A stretch of 63,149 bases of DNA, filler included, from Choristocarpus tenellus KU-1152 (taxonomy: Eukaryota > Protista > Phaeophyceae): the NCBI GenBank assembly GCA_964200185.2. It is 9 parts of 9 records of this genome, joined end to end, with 100 filler letters (N's around TTAATTAATTAA, not from the genome) between each part and the next. Parts side by side here need not be neighbours in the genome. Positions count along the whole stretch, not along the records: positions 22,275 to 30,954 come from CAXNAD020004452.1; positions 31,055 to 35,282 come from CAXNAD020015582.1; positions 35,383 to 51,299 come from CAXNAD020000906.1; 6 more parts are not named here. The stretch is one strand, 5' to 3'. A program made the translations under genes and the position numbers. This document shows, in pieces, positions 25,901 to 38,954 of the stretch (within the stretch, counting starts at the first letter, position 1; every line of letters begins with the position of its first letter). The notes under the pieces were generated by a model, which saw nothing but the letters and a program-made list of their open reading frames with translations, was not told where the DNA came from and searched no databases.

Positions 25901-28900
25901 GGGGTATCAACACCCCACTACTGGCATGCATGTGGGGGTAGGTGTCCCGAGCCTCCACTATAAGGGGAAGAGAGGAGGAGGTCTGTGCATTATGTCCCTG
26001 GACACTTTTGACTCCTTTCGGCCCTGCGATGTAGCTTTCACGCTCCTGACGGCCCCCCTTGCCACCCCCCCCCCCCCCCCCCCCCCCCCCCCGCGTTTTT
26101 TTTAATCATTTTTTCACTTCTTCTGCTCCACGTTCGGAATTAAATGTAACATAGATTTTGCAGCCCCAATGAAGAAGCAAGATTTTTTCACAAATTCATA
26201 TTTTATAGGTGTATTGTGCAGACTTTAAAAGGTTGTCAACCAAAATTTCAAGCATAATGGGGCAGCCTACACCTATCTATGATTCCACCCTCGAAGCCCT
26301 CCAAAACTCCATTCCAGCATAATGTTTCACTGCATCCACCAGGGCATTCAGTGAAAGCTTGCCCGCTTTCTCAGTCTTTTCCGTGCTAAGATGGGGAATT
26401 TCGAAGATGCTGTCACCCTTGGACCCCAGCACTTCAATGTAGACTGCAAAGAGTCCCTGCCAGTCGCGCTCTAGTGTCTCCCGGGGGTACACATTGAACG
26501 CCTCCATTGTGGCCTCCACCAGCTCCTCTGTGTTGGTCACCCCCACCTCTTCCTTCAGTTGCTGGATGGAGTGAAAGAATCCCAGGCCGTTGATGCTTAG
26601 GTCAGGTGAGTTGATTAGCTGGGTCTGTACGACAATATTGTCCCCCGCCACCTCCTTGATTGCCTCCATGATCCCCCCTTGGTGTGTGGCTTTGCCCCGC
26701 CCTGCTGACCAAAGATGGTGAATCCTCCCAGCCAGGCATGCAGGTCTTGATTGCCACGATGACATCCTCAATCCTGAGCTTCATATGCCTCTTTCCGTCC
26801 GCCATGGCTGACACAACCACCTTAGTGCCCTTGAGGTGGTGTTTGCTGGAGCACTGAGCAACCTTTAGTGTCCACAATTGCCAGATCCCGATCTTCCTGT
26901 CAAACCACATCCCATTGGAGAGCTTCCTAGGGCGGGCCACAGTTGCATGGCTCAAAGTATCTGGGGGGAGTGGGAGGGGGGGGATCTACNNNNNNNNNNG
27001 GGCGGACCACAGTTGCAGGGCTAAAAGTAGGGGGGGGGGGGGGGGGGGGGGGGATCTACACCAGGGTGTGTCCATTCGGGCCCTGACCAGGAAAAGTGCA
27101 CTTACATTATCCATCTGATGCATGCAACCAAATCATCCAAAAATCGCTACATGGAAAAATGGGCCCCAAATGGACAGCCACCACCCCTCCCCCCCAGATA
27201 TTTTGAGCCAAGGAACATCACTTTCACAATGTATCGCTTATTCTGTACCTGTGGGGGGTTGGGGGAGTCTGCAGTGGGGTGCAGGTACACACCTTGCCCA
27301 TCTTTGAGAATGTAAGATCACCTCTCATCCACATGCACCCAGCCGTACAGATTGTCCACCAATACCCCACTTCCTCCCCTACTGTGTGTGTGGTTGATGA
27401 CAAAACCCACCCTGTTGACTTTCTGCTGGTCTGAGAGGATCGACTTCATCCACCACTTGACCTTCTTCACCTTCTAGTGCTTGCACAGATCCCACAATGA
27501 GGCAAGGGAGACCCCAGCTTTGGCCACCCATTTGCAGAAGGATGCGTAGTGTACCGTTGTTGGGACTTTCCAAACGTCGAGGATACTTTGTACAGCAGCC
27601 ACATTGCCCCTTATGACGTCGTCCAAGGTCCATGCATTCACCCCATGCAATCTGGCTGCAATCTTCCTTCAGATGGCAAAACATGGTGATTCAGGATATT
27701 CCAAAGTCCTCCACGATGGCCACCACTGTCCGAGTCTCGCACCCTCTCACTTCCAGGCATTGTGCCACCACTCTGTTCTTATTTGGGGTGTTTGAAGGTT
27801 GACCCTGGACAGACTTCTGGGTCTAAGCATTGGGACCTACGGGCAATGATGAGATGCATGAGCCCCTTGAACGACGAGGGGTCTTGGTCTTAGGCATCCC
27901 AACAAGCACCCACTTTGATAGGTTCATGAGGTTTTGGACCCCGTCAAATGCAACTTGGTCGACTTTGTACTGGTGATCCTCCACAGTCATGGCAACTCAC
28001 CATCTCAAACTTTGCACGCATCGCAATCTATATGAGAACTAAGCCTCGTCCAGAGGGTTTATCATGTAGATCGTTTCTGGGCGAGAACAAACTTTGCAAA
28101 AGTTATGTTACATTTAATTCCGAACGGGGGAAGTACGTGTGTATGGCATATGAAAGCGCACATACATACGACAAAATCTCATATATGATACATTTTAACG
28201 CCCACCAAGGTTTTGGAAATTCTTCTGTTGAGGGCGGTTTCCCCACACACTGGAATCACATGTACAGGAGATGCACAAAGCAAAAACCCAGTTTGACTTA
28301 CCTGCATATACATGCAAGGAGTGACTTCAGTTATTTAGTATTTTAGAACACACAAACCCTTATGCAAGTATTTGTACATTCATGTCTTTTCCCACACCCC
28401 ACTTACCTGCAGTGCACCTCTTACACGTTTTGCACTCTGAGAATCCCACACACGCAACCTCCCCTCCTCAGAGCCTGACACCACATACTGCCCATCTGGG
28501 CTGAAAGAAGCTCGCACAAGTGAGCCCAAGGCTACTCCTCCTGTGTAGCCAGGGTTGACAAGCTGGCCAATGCCAGGAATGGGAAAGCAAGATAGCAGAT
28601 GGTGGGAAAATACATTTATGTCCTACTATTTTGACTTGTTCTTCTTGCTGCACTTCTTTGGGGTGGAACAATATAAACTACAGCACGTTTTAGTTATTGC
28701 CATTTGATCTTGTGACAGCTGATTTGGACTGAAGGACATACTAAGTTTGTGTGTTTGTGTGTGTGTGTGTGTGTATGTGTGTGTGCTGTTGCTTGGTTCA
28801 TTACATAGTGTATTGGAAGAGCTCTATTTTGTTTTATCCAGTCACAGACTGGAGAGAATACTTGTTACAGTCACATCGCAGTATATATGATGTGCCATCT

Positions 28901-29609
28901 GCAAGGAATAAATGAAGCTGGGGACTGTATAATATACATTATATGAATGGGTGAATAGCTCTGCAGATACTTGGAACAGACCCAAAGATTCCTAGAGAGT
29001 CCGGGGTCTTTAGACCAAGGGGTCCATTCGGGCTTTGGAGATGTGTTCTTAGACACTCCACTCTGATACCCGTTTTGCAGGTGTTCGGATTAAGTCCAGG
29101 CAGTGGGATGGAAAAGGAAGTTGTGTTCAGATGAAAGAAGTTTCCCATACATCTGACACATTTGCTCAGATGACATGGAATCACTACGGGGTCACACAGG
29201 CCCTGAATGAATGCCTGACCCCCCTCTACTACTATGAGCCACACATCAAGACAAGAACATGTCACTTTACTTTCTGGAAAGGTCTGCATCATTGCAAAAT
29301 CATAGCAAATGGATGGTATCCGACGACAAATGAATGATCTCTGTACTTTCCAGAGTAGATGGCTATCTCATAGCCACTGCATGACCCAACCCTATTTTGA
29401 AAACAACAGCAGCACTAGCAGATACCGCCAACTCATTAAGGCCTCCACAGTATCAGGAAACCTACGCAATTTATCCAAACCTGGTATGTTTTAAGGTCGA
29501 CAAGGCGAAGAGTATTACAGCGAGTCTGCGCTAACAACTGCCCCTTCCTTGGACGTGGGGCAAGGGACAGGCTTGTGATGACCTTACCAGCTAGGTCTGG
29601 ATGTTGGAC
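22919..29609 (-). CDS. AHI1: Jouberin/AHI1-like WD40 protein, three internal exons
   Basis: Exons 29609-29481, 28562-28407 and 23050-22919, all phase 0, GT-AG: HPDLAGKVITSLSL...LLAQTRCNTLRLVDLKTYQ-LVNPGYTGG...VRASFSPDGQYVVSGSEEGRLRVWD...-LHDVAWHPDQHLIALAGYGRDAPILVY. This matches the last WD repeats of jouberin. Confidence 0.8.
23857..24114 (-). mobile_element. MITE family 1 copy, target site duplication (TSD) ATA
   Basis: GAGCCAAAGTATCTTAG...CTAAGATACTTTCACTC flanked by ATA on both sides. Confidence 0.9.
24390..26060 (-). mobile_element. Decayed CRE-type non-LTR retrotransposon reverse transcriptase region (intronic)
   Basis: Motifs in the expected order despite stops and frameshifts: SSPGG, KRHLVACG, GQFG, DGKNAFKS...IPLLPYV, AQQG/DPPGHLLFCL. 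Confidence 0.7.
26124..28133 (-). mobile_element. Plant-type (DD39D) mariner with a decayed transposase
   Basis: TIR pair CGTTCGGAATTAAATGTAACATA (26131-26153) and its reverse complement (28104-28126), with TA at 28134. Transposase motifs VHVDER*, KRYIVKVMFL..VARPR, WFDRKIGIW, NSPDLSINGLGFFHSIQ, FEIPH. Confidence 0.92.
26949..27209 (+). mobile_element. MITE family 2 copy nested in the mariner transposase
   Basis: GGCTCAAAGTATCT...AGATATTTTGAGCC interrupts KVMFL/ATVARPR. Contains a 10-N gap with a duplicated left end. Confidence 0.85.
28979..29240 (+). mobile_element. MITE family 3 copy, TSD ACA
   Basis: Degenerate form of the shared TIR (GACCCAAAGATTCCTAG); interior similar to 53404-53678; ACA on both sides. 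Confidence 0.7.
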
Positions 29610-30162
29610 CTGTGATGAGATCATGGTTCCGGGGATGGGCTTAAATGAGAAATAGTGTTTCTTTCCAGAAGGCAAGGTCCTGCACTAAGAAGAACATGGC
29701 ACAGCCTCTACATATAATACGTGCGAAATTGGACCAAGCAGGAGAATAAAAGGCTATCACAACAAGCTCAGCAAACCGCTTTTTTGTTTCAGCAAGGCAT
29801 AAGACTTCACGACCTTCAAGGGGAGAGAAAATCGAGCCAAGTTGCTTCCCTGACAGGCAAGATGGTAACATGCATTTTTGGGCGGGTACTATTGTGGCTG
29901 CACCAGGACCTCAATGAGTGTTTGGGTCGTGGTGTCGTCTAGTAATTGTGAACATACTTCTCCCTCTCTCATACACACTAGCAGTACAATTCAATATATT
30001 CAGTCCAAGCACTTGAGGGCAGAGGATATATACTCTTGTAGAGCTCAAGTTTATATAGGAGGACTCTCTTTTGCTTTAGTTATGTTCAAATCTAGTCCAA
30101 AAGACTTCAGCAGTCATTCATTGGTCATCATGGGCAACAAACAAAGTTCCAGTAGTTGTAAA

Positions 30163-30422
30163 GACTGAAAGTATCTTAGAGGGTACGAGTTTTGCCCTGT
30201 TTGTCCATTTGGGACTTGGCTTCCCATGGGGTAATTTTATGACATTTTCCTACTCCAAAATGTTTCGGAGTAGGTTAAATGTATACATCATGAAATGGTG
30301 TGTCCGGAACAAGGATATTGACGCTTCCTAACAAACAGGATAGCCAGAATTACGTCAAAATCGCAACATTGGATTTTGGCCGCCAAATGGACTCGCCTCT
30401 ACCCTCTAAGGCACTTTGACTC
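30163..30422 (+). mobile_element. MITE family 1 copy, TSD AAA
   Basis: TIRs and interior match family 1. Confidence 0.9.
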
Positions 30423-33205
30423 AAAAATATTATAACATTGATTAAATCGAATCCAAAACAAGCTCATTACAACGCATATGTTATATACATATATGAGCAC
30501 ATCACCATCTGGGAGTCTTTGTTGAGCACCAAGTAGCTCCATCTTTGAGTGATATTTGCTGAGAAACACTCTTAAGTGTCAAACCTTATGGCTTTCACCT
30601 CAGAAACCAAAGGATGTTGCTGGGGTATCTATTGGTTGTTCAATTCAAGGTCATCGCATATCATCTTAGTATAGGATGTGATCATCCATCGATGGCAATC
30701 TCCCAAAATCAAATTGACAGGTAGTGGAAGGAGACATTCCCATCAAAAGTGCAGTTATATAGAATGGAAAGCCTTCCAGTGGTATGGAAAATGTATTAGA
30801 TTATCCATTTTAGCAGTTTACCTAGTATACCTGTGAGTAGATCTTGTGGGCATCGTATGAGAAGTGTCATTGCAATCTTGGAGTGAGTCACCGCTATATC
30901 CTCAAAAGGAACAAATCTAGGGTCAAAGTATCAGGGGGGGGGGGGTGTCAGCGTNNNNNNNNNNNNNNNNNNNNNNNNNNNNNNNNNNNNNNNNNNNNTT
31001 AATTAATTAANNNNNNNNNNNNNNNNNNNNNNNNNNNNNNNNNNNNNNNNNNNNTCGATCATCATATGATGACATTACTTACATGCACTCAATGTTAGCT
31101 TCTTCTTCTACCTGGTGACTATAGCAATAATTGATAAACAATTTAATAGTATGGGAAAATAACACTTCTTCTTATCTTCTTCTTATCAGTCAAACTTCCT
31201 TAATGACGATGAAACGCCGCCCCTAAAAAACCTACTTCGAAGTACTAATTGTTTCTACCACCTCCACCATCGACAGTCAAACGACTCCACCGACCACACT
31301 AATTATTCCAAGCAAGCAAACCAACGCAGGGCATACATGTGCATGACGATAAAACGAAATCATTGCAGCCCCCCACACACTGCACTACTACCACATCCGG
31401 CACGGATTCCCATTCAAAAAGGGGCCCTTAAAAAGTGCTGCAACATTTACAAAAATATGTATATTGGCACTTTTTCCAGGTTAATTTTGGGTCAAACCCA
31501 TCCTCCATAGTATGCTCCATCCTCAATTTTGGTGAGACGCTGTTATCTGCTCTATCTTTTTCCTCACAACATCTTTTTGACGTGGGTGACATTTTTTTTA
31601 CACCTCAAATGTGTTGTTCCACTTTTTCATGCTGTTGGCACACATCAGCAATCCAACACTATTCAAACTCCTCACGCATGCTAAATGTTTCATCTCTCGC
31701 CGCGTAAGAATTCCTGAGTATGTTGAAAATGAACCTTTAAAGAATAATATTGATACTGCTACTGATATTCCAGTAATATCACTCAGATACATTGAAGCCC
31801 ACCCAGCACTTTGCAAGGCGCCCATTCGGGAGATTCCAGCAGGCGCTCTTAATTTAAAAAGAGCCGGTGGTAGACCTCTTTATGTAACTGGTTTCATTCA
31901 ATTTACACTACGACTTGGTGACATATCAATGCCTGTCCAAGCAGTGGTCATACCTAATCTGGGAGTAGATAAAATTTTATTGGATAACAGTATTATGTCG
32001 GCATTTGAGGCAGTGCTAGATTGGGATAGAGAGGAGATGTCGTTTAAAGACATTGATCAATGCATCCCAGCAGAACACAAAATTGTACCCCCCCTTCCAA
32101 TCTGTTCCCCCTCAAAAGATTTTTGCCAGACTGGAAATGCATCTCATTTTTCAATTTCAGTGATCACATCTGAATTTATTACACCAGTATACACAGTAAA
32201 AAAGATATTCCTTCCCCCTGGCACAGAGACGCTTGTTCCAGTTTGTTCTCAGGCACTTCGAGGAACAGCTACCAATGCAGTGGTGGAACCTATCATTTAT
32301 ACTTGCACAGACCTCCAGCATGAGGACGACAAACATCCCCACTGGCAACACATAATGGTCAGTCGTACCCTCACTGTTTGGGAAGAAGATGGAGGATGTC
32401 TAGTCAAAATTGCCAATCTTTTACAAAAAGGGATCAAGTTACCAGCAAAATTTGTAGTTGGTCATATTTCCCCTGTATCAAAAACATATACCTTGTCAGA
32501 CACCACAGTAAGTGCAGTTGCAGCCACACCCTCTACCCCCGAAGAACTGAAACAGGCTAGGGAAGAATTGAAGTTGGTTTTTTCTAAGAAGGCTTTTACA
32601 AATACTCAACTGACACTGTCTGAACAAGAGGAATTACTAGATATAGTGGCTATATTCCGGCCAGTCGTTTCATTATCCGAAAAAGAATAAGGTTGTTGCA
32701 CCGCTACTTCTGTTGAGTTTCCACTACAACCAGGTACTAAACCGGTTAGTAGATCACCATATCGCGCGGCACCAAAAATACGCGACACTATTCGACAATG
32801 TGTCACTGATAGGGAGAAATAGGGTATTATAAAGCCCTCATCTAGCCCATGGGCATCCCCTGTTACCATTGTTGCCAAACCAGATGGATCACCTCGATTC
32901 TGCGTGGATTATAGAGGAATCATAAATAAACATCTGATACGTAATTCATGGTCTTTGTCATCCATGGATGAGTGCTTATCCACATTGGGGGGTTCAAAAT
33001 ATTTATCTTGTTTAGATATTCAATCAGCCTATTGGCAACTACCGATCACTGATGTATGCGAAAGACAAAAAACCGCCTTCATCACACCGGATGGGAAATA
33101 TGAGTTTTAGAGGTTACCATTTGGAACCAAAAATGCACCGTGGATCTTCCAATGCTTTATGTCTGAAACTTTTCCCAGTATCGGTCCTAGCTCAGGGTTG
33201 TTGGT

Positions 33206-33387
33206 GAACCAAAGTATCTGGGAGGGGGGGGGGTTCTACACCAGGGTGTCCATATGGCCCAAAACCAGTAAAAGTGCACTTACATTATCCATCCGACGTA
33301 TGTAACAATTTCACCCAAGAATCGCGAAATGAAAAAATTGACCGCAAATGGACAGCCGCCACCCCCCCCCCCTAGATACTTTGAACC
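33206..33387 (+). mobile_element. MITE family 2 copy inserted just before the Gypsy RT YxDD motif, TSD TGGT
   Basis: Removing the element and one TGGT restores GLLVYLD. Confidence 0.9.
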
Positions 33388-33437
33388 TGGTATATTTAGA
33401 CTTTTGTTTTCGCCTCTCCATCATGGACACACCATAA

Positions 33438-33620
33438 GGGTCAAAGTATCAGGGGGGGGGGGGGTCGACGTCCATTTTTCACCCTTTTTTCGATTTTCAC
33501 TTTTTGGTGTGATTTGGTCGCACATGTCGGACTTGAAATGTCAGCAAAAAAAATAGTAGTTTGGCCGAAACGGAGACCCAATCACAAACCACCCCCCACC
33601 CCCCCCAGATACTTTGACCC
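33438..33620 (+). mobile_element. MITE family 2 variant in the Gypsy RT, TSD TAA
   Basis: GGGTCAAAGTATC...GATACTTTGACCC flanked by TAA on both sides. Confidence 0.9.
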
Positions 33621-35762
33621 TAAACAGTTAATCACTACAGTTTTGTCAATGTTATAAGATGTAGGGATTGCGTTAAAGCCATCCAAGGCTCAGTTTGGCT
33701 CAAAACAAATCCATTATCTGGGACATTATGTTAGCCCACAAGGAATTGCTGTATCCCAAGCTCGTATTGAAGCTATGTTAGATATGTATCCTCCTCAAAC
33801 TGTGAAAGGCTTACAATCGTTTTTAGGCTCGATGAGCTTTGTTAGGAAACATTTTCCTCACCTAGCAACAGCAACAGAACCGTTGGTTGAATTGATTCGC
33901 CATACACAGAAAGGAAATTCAAAAAACGATAACACCTCAGTAAAACGATCAGAGAAAGACCACAAGGATATCTCATCTAGATGGAATCGACCACAGTAGA
34001 CTGCTTTTTGACGAATGCAAACGACTTTTATCTACGGCTCCAGTGCTACACTTTCCTGATTTTTCTAAGGATTTTTGTCTTCATGTATAGATGCCAGTAA
34101 TGTTGGGACAGGGGTGTTTTTGGCACATAAAAATGATGATGGTAATCTTGATAAGAATGCATAACATAGTGCCTTACTTTCCCCCTCCCAACATTAATAG
34201 TCTGCCACACAAAAAGAGTGCCTTGCAGTTATTCTGGCAATCCAACATTGGAGACCATATATTTGGGGTAAACATTTCACAGTTATTATTGACCATTCAG
34301 CCTTACGGTGGCTGCATACGATGCAAGATAAGTCCAATCTGTTAACTCGATGGGCCTTAGCTTTGCAAATTTTTGATTTTACCGTCCTTCATAAGCCTGG
34401 CAGATTACATTACATCCCAGATATGTTGTCAGGTCCTTAACTGGAAGAATGCTGTAAACATGAATCTGAACCAGCACCCCTAATCCCTATATGTCGAAAT
34501 GTGGGTACAAAAACCACTGATGCAAGTTCTCAAGCAAGTAAGGTATACCCTGCCTGTGGATCGACTAGGTGAAATAACTAAAGTGGCAAATGACTCTGAG
34601 CTCTTTGCAAGTTCCATATATGTTTTCCCTGTAATTGACAGGGAAGTTCTAGCCAAGGCCCAACATGAGCAGTTTGAAGCTTATTTTCAATACCTGGTAG
34701 ACCCAAGCAATACAGCATTACCCACTAAGGAAACGGCCTACACCATGTCATATTTTTTCACTCGCGAATTGACTTTTACTCTACCAATCGTATCAGCCTG
34801 GTCACCTTCGAAAAAACGGAGAATTCCGAGATCAGTTAGTAGCCCCAACGGAGGTGCAGGGTTTTATTTTACATGCCCTACATGATCATTAAGTTGCCGG
34901 CCATCTTGCTTTTAAACACACCTTTGATCGAGTTCGCGATAGAATTTGGTGGCCAACCTTACATAAAGATGTGAGGAAGTGGTGTGAACCTTGCCAGTCC
35001 TGTCAGAGGGGTAAGACCTCTCACACTCTCACCCCATTACTGACAGGACATATGCCTGTCACACGTCCATTTCAACGACTTGCTATTGACCTAGTTAAAT
35101 ATAAGACCACGTCAGACGGTGCAAAATATGTGTTATCCGATGTAGACCATCTTACAAGATTCGCAATCTTGGTTGGTATTGCAAATAAGCAAGAAAAGAC
35201 CGTGGCTAAAGCTCTCATCGACCGTATTTTTTCTGTCTTTGGTCCTCCTGAAACACTCCACTCGGACCAAGGCAAAGAATTTNNNNNNNNNNNNNNNNNN
35301 NNNNNNNNNNNNNNNNNNNNNNNNNNTTAATTAATTAANNNNNNNNNNNNNNNNNNNNNNNNNNNNNNNNNNNNNNNNNNNNAAAAGTTGCTGGAAAAAA
35401 AAAAAAAAAAAAAAATTTTTTTTTTAACCACAACCCCCCCCCCCCCCCCCCCCCCACCACCACCAAAAAAACAAAACATATCCTGGTGAAGTGTACGAGT
35501 CAAACCAACAACAATCATGCCCACAATGCCATCAAAAAGACTAACCCTAACTCTAACAGCTCTTGCATCAAATCATTTACCATCAGCACTATTTACATCA
35601 CTACCATTCCTGCCAATATTTTACACATGTTGCTAGTCCATGGATTGAAAGAGTCAACATCCAATAATCAATATCCAATAATCAACATACAAGCATAACC
35701 CTAACCCTAACCCTAACCCTAACCATCTCCACCACGCTATTCGAAAAGCGTCCCACCATTAC

Positions 35763-38700
35763 CTGTGTCTGCATCACAAACACATCCTGCTTGTCAGTGT
35801 GAGGTGGAGCAGAGGTTGTCTGTCCCGCGGCAGTCACGTAGAGATTACATGCCACAGGCACATCCAACGCCTCCATCGTGTCGAGGCAAACCCCCGCCAC
35901 GGGCTTCATTGAAGTTCCGGCACTATTCACCACTACCTGGAGTACCGTTGTCACCAGTTACATGACAGTTACACATGACAGTTACACATGACAGTTACGT
36001 TTATGGTACTCGTCTATGTGTAGGTTCGTCAATCATGGCCGACTGCCTTTCCTTGCATTACTTGAACTCCTCCTTGTTTGGTAATGACCGAACAGAGCAG
36101 GGATCACACGGAAATAAATGTACACGGTAATGAAGCAGTTGTTCGTAACTTTATTAGCAATGTAACTTCAACTGTGGTTGATGGTTGAGGATGTAAATTA
36201 GTTACACATCAGTTACACATCAGTTACACATCAATCATAAGAATGGTGAATAGGTTAATCACAACCAAAAATCGACAGGAGCTGAAAGGAGAGAGAGTTC
36301 CCTTCTCAATGGCTTGGCAAGCAGGAAAGGGTATCCCCAAGACTTTTAACCTGCCTTGTTATGCCTTCATATACATCCAGAAAAAAGTGGGTGTCACTCA
36401 CATGTTCACATGTCCAGATTACTTTGCTTAATGAGCAATATTTTTCAGAAATATGGTACAGTATTCATCCAACGCATGTGCAGTTTGATACTCTGACATT
36501 ACCCCTCAGACAAAATGCAGGCAAGAGTTAGGGTTACGGACGAGATTGGAAGGGGCCATCCAAGGGTATATATAGCAAGCAGGAGTAAAACATGTTCCGT
36601 TGTACGCCAGGATTTCAAATTGAAATCCTTTAAAGACAGAGCATCGATTGAAATGTCTTGTCACCAACGGATCACCAAAATAAAACACGTAACAACCCTT
36701 GTTGGTACACGATGACATGCTCAGTTTTGTACGATACCTGATTGCGTTCACCAAAGTCAACACTAGTACTAAGGTGTCAGAAAAAAAAGTGGACTTACTG
36801 AAACAATATGTTTGTATCTACAAATTATACTAAAAATATTCTCTTGTGTGTATATATTTGACGTGTATATGTATCTATTCAGTCAGTTACAAAAAATATG
36901 GCAACGCGTTCCGAAAAACGCAAACACATGCCCCCAAACAAAAGGGTATCAACACACACTATATACTTACATATCACACAAACACCACAATTGTCCCTTG
37001 ACCAAACCATAACTCCATCCAAGCAAAACCAAGCCCCCCAACCTCAATTCTATCCACTCATACACCTCCCAAGACAGCCAAATCATTCCACCCAGAATCT
37101 GAAGCATCTAGGGCAAGTACCATCAACAAAATAGTTCGATCATTTATATCTCAAACTCAAATATACAACATAAACCCTAACCCTGTTCTGATGACCAACA
37201 CTGCACTAACCCTAACCCTAACACTACACAATAACGGTAACTACAACAAAAAAATCCATGCAACATACCGTGCCGCTCTTTTCAAGTAACGCCTTCTGTA
37301 TGTCCTCAAACCGAAGCTTTGCCTCTTCAAAGCTGGAGCCCCTTGGCTGTGATACTGCTGTCATTTTCCACCCAGAGGAAGGTGCAAAGGTCCCTCGTCC
37401 TGCCTGCCCATTTTATTATTATTATTATTATTATTAGTGAACGGGTGGTGGTTTCAGGTTAGACTCCCCATGTTGGCTAAAAATAAAAAAAAAGTAGTAC
37501 TGCTGTATCAGCAAATGATAGTGAGAAATAAATAACTACGATCTAAATTGACTATGAAATGGAGAACCCCTGTATAGCAAACGATGGTAACAAATGTAGT
37601 ATAATTATCGTACATAAAAAAAAAATATCGGAACAGTTACAGTAACGCCTTACTACATATTTGACGGCTACTCTCAACTGATATATCCAATTAAAATAAA
37701 TGTGAACAAACAAGAAATACAGTACCTATCAAAGTTGTATAGTTATATAGCCCTAACTCAAAATGGTAGCCCAAAGAAAATTGATGTGACCCAAATTTGG
37801 GAAATTGTGAATTGCTGAGGCTATATCTTTACACCTAGGATAGGGTCGCACCAAGCGAAAAAAGAGAGGAATAATCCCCAGGACTAGACTTCTAAAGCAG
37901 CACGATGACCATAACATAGACGGTAGAACTTTGTTTGGGTTACCCTTGAGGCGACATTTTTCAAATCTCTATTTCATCACCTCAACAAAGTCTTGGTCCA
38001 CTATACTTTGAAGGTCTTCCATTGTGAAACAGCCAGCCAGGTTTGCCAAGGGCTTGTTGCAGTAGAATGGCTTCTTCTGCCACATCTGTTGATGAAGTTT
38101 CATAACACATATATCAACAGGGAGATATTAAGAAAACGTAGGGCGGGCTAACCACTAGCGTGCAATCTATTGTATATCTCGAGATAGCGAGAACATGACC
38201 CTTTCATTGTTGGTCGATTGTTAACAAAAATGATGAAGGGCGCAGCAAACGTGCCAGTAGTGAGCACTGGTCTAGTTCGCAAACCAAGGAAAAGCTGAGA
38301 TAGGAGATCCACCGACCAGAAAAATGACATCATGATCCCCATCTACTCCCCCAACATTTCTTCATACAAAAGCTATCGACGTTTTCGCGATCCTTCCGCT
38401 ATGTCAACAGTTCATTGTCAAGATTCAACCTCCACCAGCGCACAGATGGACCTTGACGCTGCATGATGACTTGAGCTCGCCCCGATATCTCAACATCTCT
38501 CGGGGATTTATCTCGACGTACTTACCACTCAAGCCAGTCCATTGATTAAAGACATTTCAGCGGCCTAGTATCTGCAGGACATATTCAACTAACGCCCATG
38601 ATCCTACGGTAGAGGATGGAGGAAGAGACGAATGATTTGCTTAAATGGTCAACACTCCTCCTATAGCGTTCACTCATAAGTTGACCAGAGTCGCACCTCA

Positions 38701-38954
38701 TCTAGGAAAATAGGGTTACTCGCAAATGTGGCGAACGTCGACTCCACACGCAAAGGGTCTTGTGAGTTGGAGGCCCTATATAATGCATCAACAAGATCTC
38801 CAGGAGAGTACTCCTCAATGGCAGACGGTGCTACATCTGTTACTGCACTTTTGAAGAGCTTACTTGCGCAGCGCCGTGGCGCACTGGCTATGTGGAAAGC
38901 CGTGCCATTACCTATGACGACAAGAAGGACAAGCAGGAAATGTTGAGGAATCAT
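35763..38954 (-). CDS. JmjC (cupin) 2OG-Fe(II) oxygenase of the NO66/RIOX/RoxA type with a bipartite plastid-targeting peptide; first four exons
   Basis: Exons 38954-38697, 38085-37981, 37403-37269 and 35936-35763, all phase 0, GT-AG. Contains FLDE-MWQKKPF and CNLYVTAAGQTTSAPPHTDKQDVFVMQTQ (HxD iron ligands). N-terminus MIPQHFLLVLLVVIGNGTA-F-HIAS. Confidence 0.85.
35999..36201 (+). repeat. Repeat of about 190 bp, inverted copy at about 39588-39776, flanked here by short AGTTACAC minisatellites
   Basis: Near-identical reverse-complement match over about 140 bp; tandem units at 35956-35998 and 36200-36233. Confidence 0.85.

Larger units (their letters stand above)
31055..35282 (+). mobile_element. 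Decayed Ty3/Gypsy LTR retrotransposon pol (PR-RT-RH-INT); LTRs not in this contig
   Basis: Protease-like IDTATDIPVIS; RT SSPWASPVTIVAKPDGSPRFCVDYR, LDIQSAYWQL, KTAFITPDGKYEF*RLPFG, VYLD; RNase H DAS...KECLAV...FTVIIDHSAL; integrase HH-CC zinc finger and RPFQRLAIDL...VDHLTRF...LHSDQGKEF. Multiple stops and frameshifts. Confidence 0.95.

Noticed and set aside
26990-27050. Tandem duplicated MITE left end
   Set aside because: Spans a 10-N gap with the flank repeated, so it is probably a scaffolding overlap artefact.
32688-34000. Stop-codon readthrough or alternative genetic code in Gypsy pol
   Set aside because: Mixed stop types, frameshifts and MITE insertions indicate decay, and host genes use the standard code.
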